A DNA stretch of 64,000 nt from an uncultured Acidobacteriota bacterium (GCA_963822445.1 CAWGHO010000003.1:768001-832000), one strand, 5' to 3'. Counted from the first letter of the stretch, positions 38,970-48,441 are shown. Made by a program: numbers and translations. Notes: a model not told the origin generated them from the letters alone.

Positions 38970-39703
38970 GTCTCGAGCGATTTCTTCGCCCACGTCGCCC
39001 AGAGGTCCATGGAAGGAAGGAAGAAGTAGCCATCAGCATCCTGACCAACGGCTTCAGCCGTCCCCGCGGCTGCGAATGCCGCCGTGAGCACGCAAACGAG
39101 GGCTGCTCGAATGTCGTGGTCCTTCTCCGCTTCGCAGCGAGCGGCGATCTCATCGGAAAGTTGAGCGGCAGCAACGACGGGAGCGAACAGCCCGCGATCG
39201 ATCCAGCGGTCGTACAGCCAGTCGAACTTGCCACCGCGTTTGACCTTGGTCGCGATGGCGTAATCCTCGTCTGGCACGACGACTCCGAGAAAGGCGTTCG
39301 GAAATGCCTCGACGATCGGCGCATCCGGCCAGATCCGTTGCAGCGGATGTATCGACGGCTGGAAGGAGCTTGCTGCGAGCAGTTGCTCCGCGGCGCGCCG
39401 GCCGTGCTCGCGCAAGAGCTGTCCCGTACCGCGGATGTGGGACATGCCGGGCTTGCAGCGCTTCTGAAAGAGGCCACGGCTGAACACGCGCTCGCAATGG
39501 CGAGGAATGGTGTCGGCCGTTCCGGGCGGCAGCAGCGGAGCGTCGATTGCGACCACGTCGACGTCTCTGAGTGACCGTAACGCCGCGTCCCGCTCACCGA
39601 CGGTCAAGCGTTCTGCGCGAATCAGCCTGCCGTCCCGAACAACTGCAATGCCGTTGCTGCGGCGCCGTTCTGAGAAGCCGATGTCGACGCCTACGAGGTG
39701 CAT
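38957..39703 (-). CDS. DUF429-like predicted nuclease (RNase H-like fold)
   Basis: VGVDIGFS, VAIDAPL, R.CE, VEAFPN. Confidence 0.75.
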   Translation of the reverse strand: MHLVGVDIGFSERRRSNGIAVVRDGRLIRAERLTVGERDAALRSLRDVDVVAIDAPLLPPGTADTIPRHCERVFSRGLFQKRCKPGMSHIRGTGQLLREHGRRAAEQLLAASSFQPSIHPLQRIWPDAPIVEAFPNAFLGVVVPDEDYAIATKVKRGGKFDWLYDRWIDRGLFAPVVAAAQLSDEIAARCEAEKDHDIRAALVCVLTAAFAAAGTAEAVGQDADGYFFLPSMDLWATWAKKSLETYCV

Positions 39704-39789
39704 GCCTGTAAGCGTAACCTCGCTAACCGACTCCCGCGAATTTAACGGTGCTGTCGTTCCGCCTCTAGGCTGCGCGGCGGGGAACGGAC

Positions 39790-40031
39790 ATGGCGCTCTG
39801 GATGCTGCGTGCGGGACGGCATGGCGAGTACGAAGATAGGTTTCTGTCCACGTCGAGGATTTATCTGACGTGGGGTGACACGATTCCGAACGACGCGCGC
39901 GGATTCACCTCGCGCGCCGACGTCGTTCAGACGTTACGTGAACGTTGGCCAAACGCGTCCGAAGGCAAATCCGAAACCCCGCAGGCCAGCTCTGAGCTTT
40001 CCTGCGGACGATGAAGCCGGACCAGTTCTGA
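39790..40031 (+). pseudogene. N-terminal fragment of an Mrr-like restriction protein
   Basis: MALWMLRAGRHGEYEDRFL...IYLTW; after a frameshift reads IRNPAGQL*AFLRTMKP, then similarity is lost. Confidence 0.7.
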
Positions 40032-40364
40032 CTCAGGTCTGGGGGCTGTCCCGTTTCCCGATGTACGGTGGCAGCGGTCCGACCCGGCCAGTAACGCTAT
40101 CGAGAATCTGTCGTTGGCCAGGTCTAGCTCAGATACGCGGCAGATTCTTCGCCGCCACCTTTCTTTGCAATGGGTGTCTCTTACCTGAGGGAGCTCGTTA
40201 CCTCATGAACGCGCTGTTAGCGTCGGCGCTTCCGTATCCGCCGGATCGCAATGTTAAGGTTTAGGCCAGAAAGCATGAAAGACGTCGGGATGGCCGTTTT
40301 TGCGGTACCCTGACCTGCCGCGTGCTCAGCACACGCGCAATTCCCTTAACCGAGGTCACTTCAT

Positions 40365-42353
40365 ATGGGGACTCCCATCGAGCAGCTTCAGGCCGTTCGC
40401 CGAATGCGCGACTACGCGGTCGCTCTAAGTTTGGCTCCGACCCCGCCCGGGCGTGAGGAAGTGGAAATACTAATCAGCACTCGCCAAGCGGCGGAACGCA
40501 CGGCTACGGATCGAACGCAGGCAGAGGCAAAAAAGGTGCTTGCGCAACGTGTCGTTGAACTGGAGGGCGAGATCAACTCCCTCGAAGCATCGACCGGCGG
40601 TGCACAGCCAGATACGTTCCTCGTGGAGTTGCGGGCTGAGCGCCATACACTCGTTGTGGAAACGAACACGGTGCAAAATACTATCCGCAACAAGCGAGGC
40701 GAGTACGAGGAGAAGCTGACCGACGATGAACTCAGCGCTCTCGATGCCGAGGAGAAAGAAGCCCTTGAGCGGATTGCTGCCGAGCGTCTCGCGCGGCATG
40801 ATGCGATGGTCACTTCGTGGCGCGACGGGACGGCTGATCGCGAACATCGGCGGCTTCGGCTGACGCAACTCCATGATCGGCTTCGAGAGAAGCTCAAGGC
40901 GGCCACCGAGCGTCTGGATGCCGTCCGCGACCCACTCGTAAGCAGAACCGTCGCTGGGTTTCTCGTGTGGGCTGGTTACAGTGCCGTGGCAGGCACCGGC
41001 GCGGCGGTGGCGTACCTCCTCAGCACATCAGAGCAGCAGAACAGCTTGAACACGTTGGCAACATCTGTCGTCGGGCTTGCTCGTGACCTCACCGACGGAA
41101 TGCCGCGTGCCATTGCACTGCCCATTGGCGTTCTCATGCTGTTGCTCACGCTGAGCTCCGTCGCTGGGGTCGTATGGGGCTGCGACAAGCTTATTCATTA
41201 TTTCGATAAGAGCTGGCGGAAGCAGAAGCGGCGTGAGAATGGTTTTTCCCGAACCGCGCTCGGCCTGCCATCGCCCGAGGTCGGACGTCGTGCCTACGTC
41301 CAGACCCTCGCGATACTGCCGTTCGTGTACATCGTGGGGCTCGTCGTCCTTGTTGTGACACGCCGTGCCGGCATCGGACCCTCCGGAGCGAGTTTCGGTG
41401 AGCTCGCCCCAGCGATCATCCATACTGCCATTGGGAGCGTCGTCACGCTTCTGGCAACTTCCGTGTTCGCTCTCTACGTAATCAAGGTGATCGAGCGCCG
41501 CGGCAGCGACAGCACGTCAACGTGGAATCGATCCTGGGAGATCGCCGTGCCCCCTCTGGCGATCATTGTCGCCTTTGGTGTTGCTATGGCGCGCGCACAG
41601 GCAGACCGCTACGTCTGGGGCGCGTTGGCGATGTTTATGGTCCTGAGCTCGATCGGGCTCGCCTATGGGGTTGTGTATCGGGGAATGTTCCGCGATGTGG
41701 ATGAGGTCGAGCGCACGTTGCGAGCGTGCGAGGGCGACATAGAAGAACTCGACACGCCCCCTGAACTCGAGGAGCCGACAAGGGTGGAACGAAACGATGT
41801 GAAAAAGCTGCAGAGCGGGTACCTTCGCCGGCGACAGACCATTCGGGAGGAGGCCCGCCGTCGGCGCCGTCGACGTGCGGATGTTAGATCCTACGTGTCG
41901 TCTGCTGGCTCCGATGAATCGTCTATCTTCGGGCGAATACTGGGTCGACGGGCAGAGAAGGGACCATCGGTCAATGATTGGCGCCTCATCGACGCAGAAC
42001 TCGCCGCCGAAGAGACGCAACGGCGCTCGGATATTGAGAGGCGGCTCCGCGAAATCGATGACGAGATTGCGGCCATCGTCGCGGCAGCGTCCGCAGTCGA
42101 AGCCCGAGCACGGCTCGCCGCAGTACGGGCGGAACATTCGGCCGCTCGGGTTGAACTGGCCACCGCCGACGAGCGAGGAGCGGCCGAAGCGGCGCGGCTG
42201 ATCGAAAGGCAGGCCATCGAACTCGAAGAGTTCCGCCGCGGATTCGAAATCGGCCTAACCGTGCGGCCCGCGTTCGAGATCATGCGCGATCGTGCGAAGA
42301 CCACCGCGGCACAAGCGACGCGATACTGGCGTAAGCCGGAGGTGCAGGTATGA
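40365..42353 (+). CDS. Hypothetical membrane protein (coiled coil - about 6 TM - coiled coil)
   Basis: 662-aa ORF, GAGG SD, six hydrophobic segments flanked by E/R-rich helices. Confidence 0.85.
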   Translation: MGTPIEQLQAVRRMRDYAVALSLAPTPPGREEVEILISTRQAAERTATDRTQAEAKKVLAQRVVELEGEINSLEASTGGAQPDTFLVELRAERHTLVVETNTVQNTIRNKRGEYEEKLTDDELSALDAEEKEALERIAAERLARHDAMVTSWRDGTADREHRRLRLTQLHDRLREKLKAATERLDAVRDPLVSRTVAGFLVWAGYSAVAGTGAAVAYLLSTSEQQNSLNTLATSVVGLARDLTDGMPRAIALPIGVLMLLLTLSSVAGVVWGCDKLIHYFDKSWRKQKRRENGFSRTALGLPSPEVGRRAYVQTLAILPFVYIVGLVVLVVTRRAGIGPSGASFGELAPAIIHTAIGSVVTLLATSVFALYVIKVIERRGSDSTSTWNRSWEIAVPPLAIIVAFGVAMARAQADRYVWGALAMFMVLSSIGLAYGVVYRGMFRDVDEVERTLRACEGDIEELDTPPELEEPTRVERNDVKKLQSGYLRRRQTIREEARRRRRRRADVRSYVSSAGSDESSIFGRILGRRAEKGPSVNDWRLIDAELAAEETQRRSDIERRLREIDDEIAAIVAAASAVEARARLAAVRAEHSAARVELATADERGAAEAARLIERQAIELEEFRRGFEIGLTVRPAFEIMRDRAKTTAAQATRYWRKPEVQV

Positions 42354-43630
42354 GTGACGGACCAGTCGGCAGTGATGGCAATGCCCCTTTTGCCTCATGG
42401 CCGGGACTACGGCTCAGGACGAGTGTCGAGCCTACACCGGTAACGGAGACTCAATCGACGCCTGCCCCACCGGCCGCGCAAGAATTCCGGTTCGTGCTCG
42501 AATCCAAACTTATCGCTGAGCAGCCGCCACAAACGTCTGACGGCAGCGAGCCCGACGGGCTCCCCCCGAGCCGGTACGAGCACGGGTTGTGGCGTGCTGG
42601 TTGGACGGATGGACGGCTCGGCGAGACACCTGATCCTCAGCTTCAACTGGTCGCGTCACAAGGTGCTTTGACGCGCGCCGTCCGGACGGCCGACGCGAAA
42701 AGAAAGGTGGCCGACGCCGAGGCCGAGGAGAAGCACCAGAAGTTCCTCGCTGACGAGCGGAAAAAAGAATGGGATGACATCGCCGGAGAGTACGAACGCG
42801 TGGTCAGCGATCGAAGGCAGAATGCTGTGGCGTACTCGAAAACACTAGCGTGGGTGTATCTAATTTTTGGGGTCCTCATTTTCCTCGCCGACATGCCTCT
42901 CTCATTCAACGTTGCTCCGGCCTTGGGCGTGGAACTCCGGCGCGAGCCGACGGAGGGCGGCGATGCCGTTTCGGCCGACAACCTGACGCATCTCATTCAG
43001 AACTTCGGTGCTCTGTGGGAGCCCTTCGCGGTGGCTGTTGGCATCGCAGCTCTAACGATTGCATTCAAGATCGTGATCGACAAGCTTCACAGACCTTTCA
43101 GATTTGGCACGTGGTGGTCGAAGTCACTCCTGTTCGCATTCATGGCAGCTACCGTTGGCGCACTCGTTTGGGCTTTCGTACTGATCGGCCAAGCACGAGC
43201 GTCGTATGACGGGTCGGGTCCTCCCGTAAACAGCGCGGCGTTGTTCACGATGCTAGCGATCATGTTTCCGGTTGTTTGCGGGTATTGCTTCTCGATGGCG
43301 CGAGCGGCGTGGCAGAACGTCGCACACTACGATCGCGTCGCGAAGGAGCATGGAACCGCCTGGTCGCGCCACATTGAGACGCATCTCGCGTATCAACGAG
43401 CGGCCGCAAATACTACCAGCGCACGTGAAGAACTGAAGGCGGTGGAGAATGACCGCGTGGAGGAGGATTTTCTCCGGAATCTTTATCTTCACGGTTTTCA
43501 GCGCGGCCGGTGTGTACCCGAGACGCTCGCGCAGGATGCGTCGCTGTATGATCGCTGCGAATCGATGCTGCATCACTGGCTTGCGCAGTTATCGCAGACG
43601 AATCGCGAGGCGGCGGAAAGAGAAGCGTGA
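42350..43630 (+). CDS. Hypothetical membrane protein (coiled coil - about 4 TM - coiled coil)
   Basis: 426-aa ORF; ATGA overlap with the upstream gene, GGAGG SD. Confidence 0.85.
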   Translation: MSDGPVGSDGNAPFASWPGLRLRTSVEPTPVTETQSTPAPPAAQEFRFVLESKLIAEQPPQTSDGSEPDGLPPSRYEHGLWRAGWTDGRLGETPDPQLQLVASQGALTRAVRTADAKRKVADAEAEEKHQKFLADERKKEWDDIAGEYERVVSDRRQNAVAYSKTLAWVYLIFGVLIFLADMPLSFNVAPALGVELRREPTEGGDAVSADNLTHLIQNFGALWEPFAVAVGIAALTIAFKIVIDKLHRPFRFGTWWSKSLLFAFMAATVGALVWAFVLIGQARASYDGSGPPVNSAALFTMLAIMFPVVCGYCFSMARAAWQNVAHYDRVAKEHGTAWSRHIETHLAYQRAAANTTSAREELKAVENDRVEEDFLRNLYLHGFQRGRCVPETLAQDASLYDRCESMLHHWLAQLSQTNREAAEREA

Positions 43631-44442
43631 TGCCGCGGTCGAGGATGGTCATGGCGGTAATCGTCGCTAGTCTGTTGGCGTTTGCGACGTGCCGTGCGGA
43701 CCAGAAGCCGAAGCCACCGAAGCCGCCTCTTATCCTGGTGTTTGCCGATGTTACTGACAGCCTGAGGGGTGATGAGCTAACGTCGGTACACAGCGCTATT
43801 TATGACATTTTCGACCGTGCACCCGAGAAAGCGACGGTGGTGGTGTACCCGGTCGCGCCGGTGATGGCCTACGTGGCTAAACTGTCCAGAGTTGACATCC
43901 CGCTTCGGTCAGATGACTCAGCCACGACGTGGAAGAAACACGCTGATGTTCGTGCGAGACACGCGAAGGAGACAGTCGAGAAGCTCGTAACGGCCGGCAG
44001 AGCGCTACAACCGAGCGTCCCATCCAGCTGCCTCACGGCCGCGTTGCTCCGAGCTGCCGATGACATTGCAGGCGTGAAAGACCGGCCTGTTGACATCGTT
44101 TTCATAAGCGACATGGTCGAAGAATGCGACAGGTCTATCGGCGGACGGAGGGTAATGCTTAACAGTCCGCGCGTGGACGCTGACATCGCCGCTGCGAAGT
44201 CGTTGGACAATCCATATGCGGATCTTCGCGGTGCTGACGTCTACTTCATCTACCCGGCAGGCTCCATCTCGGGGCATGAAATCGGAAGGCGACGCGCTCA
44301 TCCGGAACAGCTAAAGGCCTTCTGGCGTGCGGTTCTTTCTCATTGCAATGTGAATCGCACATCTTTTTTTGCAGACGCATCGATGTTCCACACGGAGTGG
44401 AAGAGCGCAAGAGCGGTCGCTAGCGACGTGCAAAAGCGATGA
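43627..44442 (+). CDS. Exported vWA-like protein
   Basis: Signal peptide; LILVFADVTDS (MIDAS-like), SCLTAAL, DIVFISDMVEE; overlaps the upstream stop. Confidence 0.7.
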   Translation: MMPRSRMVMAVIVASLLAFATCRADQKPKPPKPPLILVFADVTDSLRGDELTSVHSAIYDIFDRAPEKATVVVYPVAPVMAYVAKLSRVDIPLRSDDSATTWKKHADVRARHAKETVEKLVTAGRALQPSVPSSCLTAALLRAADDIAGVKDRPVDIVFISDMVEECDRSIGGRRVMLNSPRVDADIAAAKSLDNPYADLRGADVYFIYPAGSISGHEIGRRRAHPEQLKAFWRAVLSHCNVNRTSFFADASMFHTEWKSARAVASDVQKR

Positions 44443-44489
44443 GTTTTAGTGCGGTTTGTGGGATGGTCGGCTGGTGTTACGTGTAGTCC

Positions 44490-44529
44490 CGCTGCAGCCG
44501 ACGCGCCTCCGGCGCGCGGCTGAGCGGCC
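44490..44529 (+). repeat. Degenerate attC-like hairpin, right island edge
   Basis: CGCTGCAGCCGACGCGCCTCCGGCGCGCGGCTGAGCGGCC. Confidence 0.55.
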
Positions 44530-44585
44530 TTCCCGGCCGCCCGTCCCTTCCACCCCCGCTGCCCGCCGGCATATATCCTCCCCCC

Positions 44586-44930
44586 ATGCCCGACCTCTTC
44601 CTCCACAACCCCCGCTGCAGCAAAAGCCGCGCGGCGCTCGAGATTGTCCGCGACGCCGGCGTCGAGCTGCCGGTCCGCGAGTACCTCAACGAACCGCTCA
44701 CCATTGAAGAGTTGAGAGCGATCGTGCAGCTTCTCGGCGTGCGGCCGATCGACATCGTGCGGCGCGGGGAGCCGCAGTACGCCGCGCTCGGGCTCAACGA
44801 CGAGACGCCGGACGACGACGTGCTGCGGGCGATGGCCGAGCATCCCATCCTCATCGAGCGGCCCATCCTCGTCCGCGGCGGGCGGGCGGTGGTGGGGCGG
44901 CCGCCGGAGACCGTGCGCGCGCTTCTCTAA
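44586..44930 (+). CDS. arsC: ArsC/Spx-family (glutaredoxin-type arsenate reductase-like) protein
   Basis: HNPRCSKSR, HPILIERPI, GRPPE. Confidence 0.9.
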   Translation: MPDLFLHNPRCSKSRAALEIVRDAGVELPVREYLNEPLTIEELRAIVQLLGVRPIDIVRRGEPQYAALGLNDETPDDDVLRAMAEHPILIERPILVRGGRAVVGRPPETVRALL

Positions 44931-44934
44931 CCAG

Positions 44935-45519
44935 TCACTCCACGCCCAGGTAGTGAAAGTGCGCCTCTCCCGTCGATGGTTCGTAGAGCAGCCACGCCGT
45001 GTTCCAGGCGAGATGGTCGTCGTAAGGGTCGGCCCTGTAGCACTCCACTCGAGGACTGAACGAAGGGGTCCACCACTCTGGCGCGTCGTCTTTCCACCGG
45101 AGCCACTCCTGCCGGCAAAGGTCGGCGGAGGAGCGCTTGAAGCGAGTCCTGACGATGGCGGCGATGGCCGGCGGCGGAGCGTGGAAGCTCAGGAACTGTT
45201 CGTGGGAATCGGTCGAGCTCTCTGACCGGCTTCGAATCTTCGTAACCTCGGCGCCTGCAGGAACGCCGAAGGCGTCTTCGAACGCCACGCGCGAAGTCGT
45301 TTCGTGCGGCCAGATGCCCCAGAAGAGCCACCCGGCGATAAACACCATCGCGCCGATCGCGACGACGATACCGACTGCTCCGATGAGGCCACCGGAGACC
45401 ATGCCGACCTTCGAGCGCCGCGCGACCGCTGCGAGGAAAATCGCGCCACCGATGGCACCGACCGCTAATGCGATCACCGCGAGAATGGCCCAGAGAAACA
45501 GCACGCAGCCGATGCCCAC
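44935..45519 (-). CDS. Hypothetical membrane-anchored protein
   Basis: Two N-terminal TM helices followed by a soluble domain. Confidence 0.6.
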   Translation of the reverse strand: MGIGCVLFLWAILAVIALAVGAIGGAIFLAAVARRSKVGMVSGGLIGAVGIVVAIGAMVFIAGWLFWGIWPHETTSRVAFEDAFGVPAGAEVTKIRSRSESSTDSHEQFLSFHAPPPAIAAIVRTRFKRSSADLCRQEWLRWKDDAPEWWTPSFSPRVECYRADPYDDHLAWNTAWLLYEPSTGEAHFHYLGVE

Positions 45520-45570
45520 GCGAGCAGCGTAACTGCATTCGTTCTCCGGCGTCCTCCGTATAGACCGTGC

Positions 45571-47013
45571 ATGACGCCACGGTTATCGCGATTCATCCTC
45601 GCAGTGTTGTTGTGCACCGCCGCACAGGCCACGCAACCCGCTGCCGGCACACTCGTTCTCGAGCCGTATCCGTTCCGGACGTTCGATGGAAATGAGATCC
45701 CCGCGGAGCTCGGGAAACTCTGGGTTCGCGAGAACCGCAACGGTTCCTCGAATCGCCTCATTCAACTCGCGTTCGTCCGCCTGAAAAGCACCGCCGAGCG
45801 TCCCGGTGCACCGATCGTGTTTCTGGCGGGCGGCCCTGGCGCGCCGGGCATCGGGATGGGACGCGTTCCCGTTTACTTCCGGCTGTTTCAACAGCTCCGT
45901 GCCGTCTCCGACGTCATTCTTCTCGACCAGCGCGGCCTCGGCATGTCCTCGCCCGCGCTGGATTGTCCGGCCACGCCGGTTCCTGCCGATGCCTTCGCCA
46001 GTTCCGCGAACTGGCTGAGCGTCATCACCAGCAAGTCGCGTTCGTGCGCGGATCACTGGCGCGCGAAGGGAGTCGACGTATCGGCCTATACCAACGACGC
46101 CAGCGCCGATGACCTGAACGATCTCCGCCAGGCCCTCGGCGCGGAGCGCATCAGTCTGATCGCCCACTCGTACGGAACTCTGCTCGCGCAGGCCACAGTG
46201 CGGCGGCACGGCAAGCATCTCGATCGCGTCGTGTTCGCCGCGACGGAAGGGCCGGACAACCTCCTGGCGCTGCCGAGCGTCTGGGATGCGCTCATCAGGA
46301 AGCTGTCGTATCTCGCGGGTGAAGATCTGGAAGCGCTTCTCCGGCGGGTCCTGGACAAGCTCGAGCGACAGCCGGTGACGCTGGTCCTCCCGGACACGGA
46401 AACGAAAATCACCGTCGGCAGGATCGGCCTGCAATGGCTGCTGCGTCACGGCATGACCGACGCACGGAACTACGCGCGGATTCCGGCGTTGCTCAACACG
46501 ATCGATCAGGGCGACTACTCGCTGCTGACGCGCCTGATCGCGCCGCTCCATCGCGAGCTCCAGGGCCGATCGCCGATGGCCAACGCGGTGGACTGCTCGA
46601 TCGGCTGGTCTGCGACGCGATCCGCCGCGGCGGCGAAAGAAACGCCGGGCGCGTTGTTCAGCAACGTGAATCTGCAGCGGACGACCGACATCTGCAGAGC
46701 GGTGGGCGTGAAGGTGAACGATCCGGCGTTGCAGCCGCGTTTGTTCAGTCTGATTCCGGCGCTGTTCATCAGCGGCACGCTCGACGCCAATACGCCGCCC
46801 TTTCAGGCCGAGGAGGTGCGGTGGGGCTTTCCGGCGAGCACGCATCTGATCGTCGAGAACGGCGGTCACGAAACGCTGCCCAGCGCGGACGTGCAGGCGG
46901 TCGTCGTCGATTTCTTCAAGGGTGTGGACGTGAAGGGACGCGCGGTGTCGTTCGAGCCTCCGAAGTATCTGTCGATCGAAGAAGCGAAGGCGGCGGCGAC
47001 GCGGCGACGCTAA
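45571..47013 (+). CDS. Secreted alpha/beta hydrolase (TAP-like peptidase)
   Basis: FLAGGPG, DQRG, AHSYGT, GTLDANTP, GGH. Confidence 0.9.
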   Translation: MTPRLSRFILAVLLCTAAQATQPAAGTLVLEPYPFRTFDGNEIPAELGKLWVRENRNGSSNRLIQLAFVRLKSTAERPGAPIVFLAGGPGAPGIGMGRVPVYFRLFQQLRAVSDVILLDQRGLGMSSPALDCPATPVPADAFASSANWLSVITSKSRSCADHWRAKGVDVSAYTNDASADDLNDLRQALGAERISLIAHSYGTLLAQATVRRHGKHLDRVVFAATEGPDNLLALPSVWDALIRKLSYLAGEDLEALLRRVLDKLERQPVTLVLPDTETKITVGRIGLQWLLRHGMTDARNYARIPALLNTIDQGDYSLLTRLIAPLHRELQGRSPMANAVDCSIGWSATRSAAAAKETPGALFSNVNLQRTTDICRAVGVKVNDPALQPRLFSLIPALFISGTLDANTPPFQAEEVRWGFPASTHLIVENGGHETLPSADVQAVVVDFFKGVDVKGRAVSFEPPKYLSIEEAKAAATRRR

Positions 47014-47471
47014 GTGTTCTCCATCGCTTTCAGTCGCCGCTCCATCTCTTCCGGCGCCACGTCTTCGATGTGGGTGGCGATCATCCAGTTGTGGCCGAAG
47101 GGGTCCGTGATCGCGGCCATGCGGTCGCCGTAGAACTCGTCCGTGGGCGGGCGTTTCTCGACGGCGCCTCCGGCGATGGCGGCGGCGAAGCGCGCGTCGA
47201 CGTCTTCGATGTAGATCATGATTCCGACAGGCGTTCCGCCGACGGTCTTCGGACCGACATGACCCTATTCGGGATGCTCGTCGGCAAGAAAGATGTGGGA
47301 GTCGCCGATCTTGATCTCCGCATGGCCGATCTTTCCTCCGGGTCCGGGCATGCGCATGAGCTCCGTCGCGCCGAAGGCCTTCTTGTAGAACTCGATCGCT
47401 TCCGCCGCTCCGTCGACAACGAGGTACGGGATGACGCTGTGATACCCCGCGGGGATGTGATGAACAGGCAT
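47010..47471 (-). pseudogene. VOC/PhnB-like glyoxalase with an in-frame amber stop
   Basis: PYLVVDGAAEAIEFYKKAFGA...LADEHPE*GHVGPKTVGG...FYGDR..DPFGHNW; TAG at 47265-47267. Confidence 0.8.
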
Positions 47472-47500
47472 GCGTTGTCCTCCTATTACGTGCGGTAAGC

Positions 47501-48313
47501 CTATCGCGAGGGATCGGAGCGCAGACCACCGACGAACTCCGCGAGCGCGTCCTGCCATGGGCGCATGGGCGTCGAGGGCAGCATCGGCGTCCAGCGCGGC
47601 CGCCTGGCGAGATGGTTCATCGACGCTTCGGTGCGAGGCTCGATGAGTGTCTCGCCATCCACGCCGACCAGGCGCGCCGCTTCCCTGGCGAAGGTCTCGC
47701 GCGAGCAAACCCCGTCGTTGACGATGTGATGGACGCCGAACGCTCGTTGCTGCACGAGATCGAGGGTGCGGGTGACGAGGTCTTCGACGAAGGTCGTGCT
47801 GGCGAACGTGTCGGCGATGGCCTGGACCCGCTCGCCGCGGGCGAGCTTTGCGGCGCAGGTGCTGAGGAAGCTTTGCTTGCCGTCGCCATACACCCAGGAC
47901 GTGCGCGCGATGATCGCGCGCTCGCTGGCGTCGAGGACCGCGCGTTCGCCGCGCAGCTTGGTCCGGCCATAGACGTTGATCGGGCGGGCCAGGTCGTTCG
48001 TCGTGTACGGGACGTCAGCCTCGCCGTCGAAGACGTAGTTGGTGCTGAAGTGGACGATGGTTGCGCCGGTTTGCGCCAGGTTCCGCGGACCCTCGACATT
48101 CACCCGCTCCGCGAGCGCGGGATCGGCTTCGCAGTCATCGACGCCGATGACGGCACAGTTGAAGATGATGTCGGCACGGAGGCGACGCACGGCATCCGCG
48201 TCGGTGATGTCCAGGTCGCGATGCGTGAGCGCGATCGCGTCGGGCAGCGCCCGGGCGAGGTGGAAGCCGACGAGGCCGGATGCGCCGGTGATCATGTGCG
48301 TCGCGGTTTTCAT
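47501..48313 (-). CDS. rfbD: dTDP-4-dehydrorhamnose reductase-like protein
   Basis: ITGASGLVG, STNYVFDG, PINVYGRTKLRGE, RTSWVY. Confidence 0.88.
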   Translation of the reverse strand: MKTATHMITGASGLVGFHLARALPDAIALTHRDLDITDADAVRRLRADIIFNCAVIGVDDCEADPALAERVNVEGPRNLAQTGATIVHFSTNYVFDGEADVPYTTNDLARPINVYGRTKLRGERAVLDASERAIIARTSWVYGDGKQSFLSTCAAKLARGERVQAIADTFASTTFVEDLVTRTLDLVQQRAFGVHHIVNDGVCSRETFAREAARLVGVDGETLIEPRTEASMNHLARRPRWTPMLPSTPMRPWQDALAEFVGGLRSDPSR

Positions 48314-48330
48314 CGGCGGTGCCCGTGTTG

Positions 48331-48441
48331 AATTGAAAATTGAAAATTGAAAATTGAAAATTGAAAACGATAGGTGCGGGCGAACCGGAGCGGGGGCCTC
48401 CGACTCTCAATTTTCAATTTTCAATTTTCAATTTTCAATTC
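48331..48441. repeat. Inverted pair of heptamer arrays, (AATTGAA)5 ... (TTCAATT)5
   Basis: Read directly; about 35-bp AT-rich stem with a 40-nt GC-rich spacer. Confidence 0.9.

Larger units (their letters stand above)
29030..44529. mobile_element. Defence-type genomic island (no integrase seen)
   Basis: Clustered type I R-M, radC, nuclease-like genes and pseudogenes, lower-GC blocks; no complete copy of the host REP families inside; bounded by related inverted hairpins. Confidence 0.65.

Noticed and set aside
29030-44529. Prophage, complete ICE or functional integron
   Set aside because: No integrase, relaxase, T4SS, phage structural genes, tRNA target or canonical attC array seen
44586-44930. 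Arsenic-resistance operon
   Set aside because: Lone ArsC-family gene, no arsR/arsB/acr3 nearby
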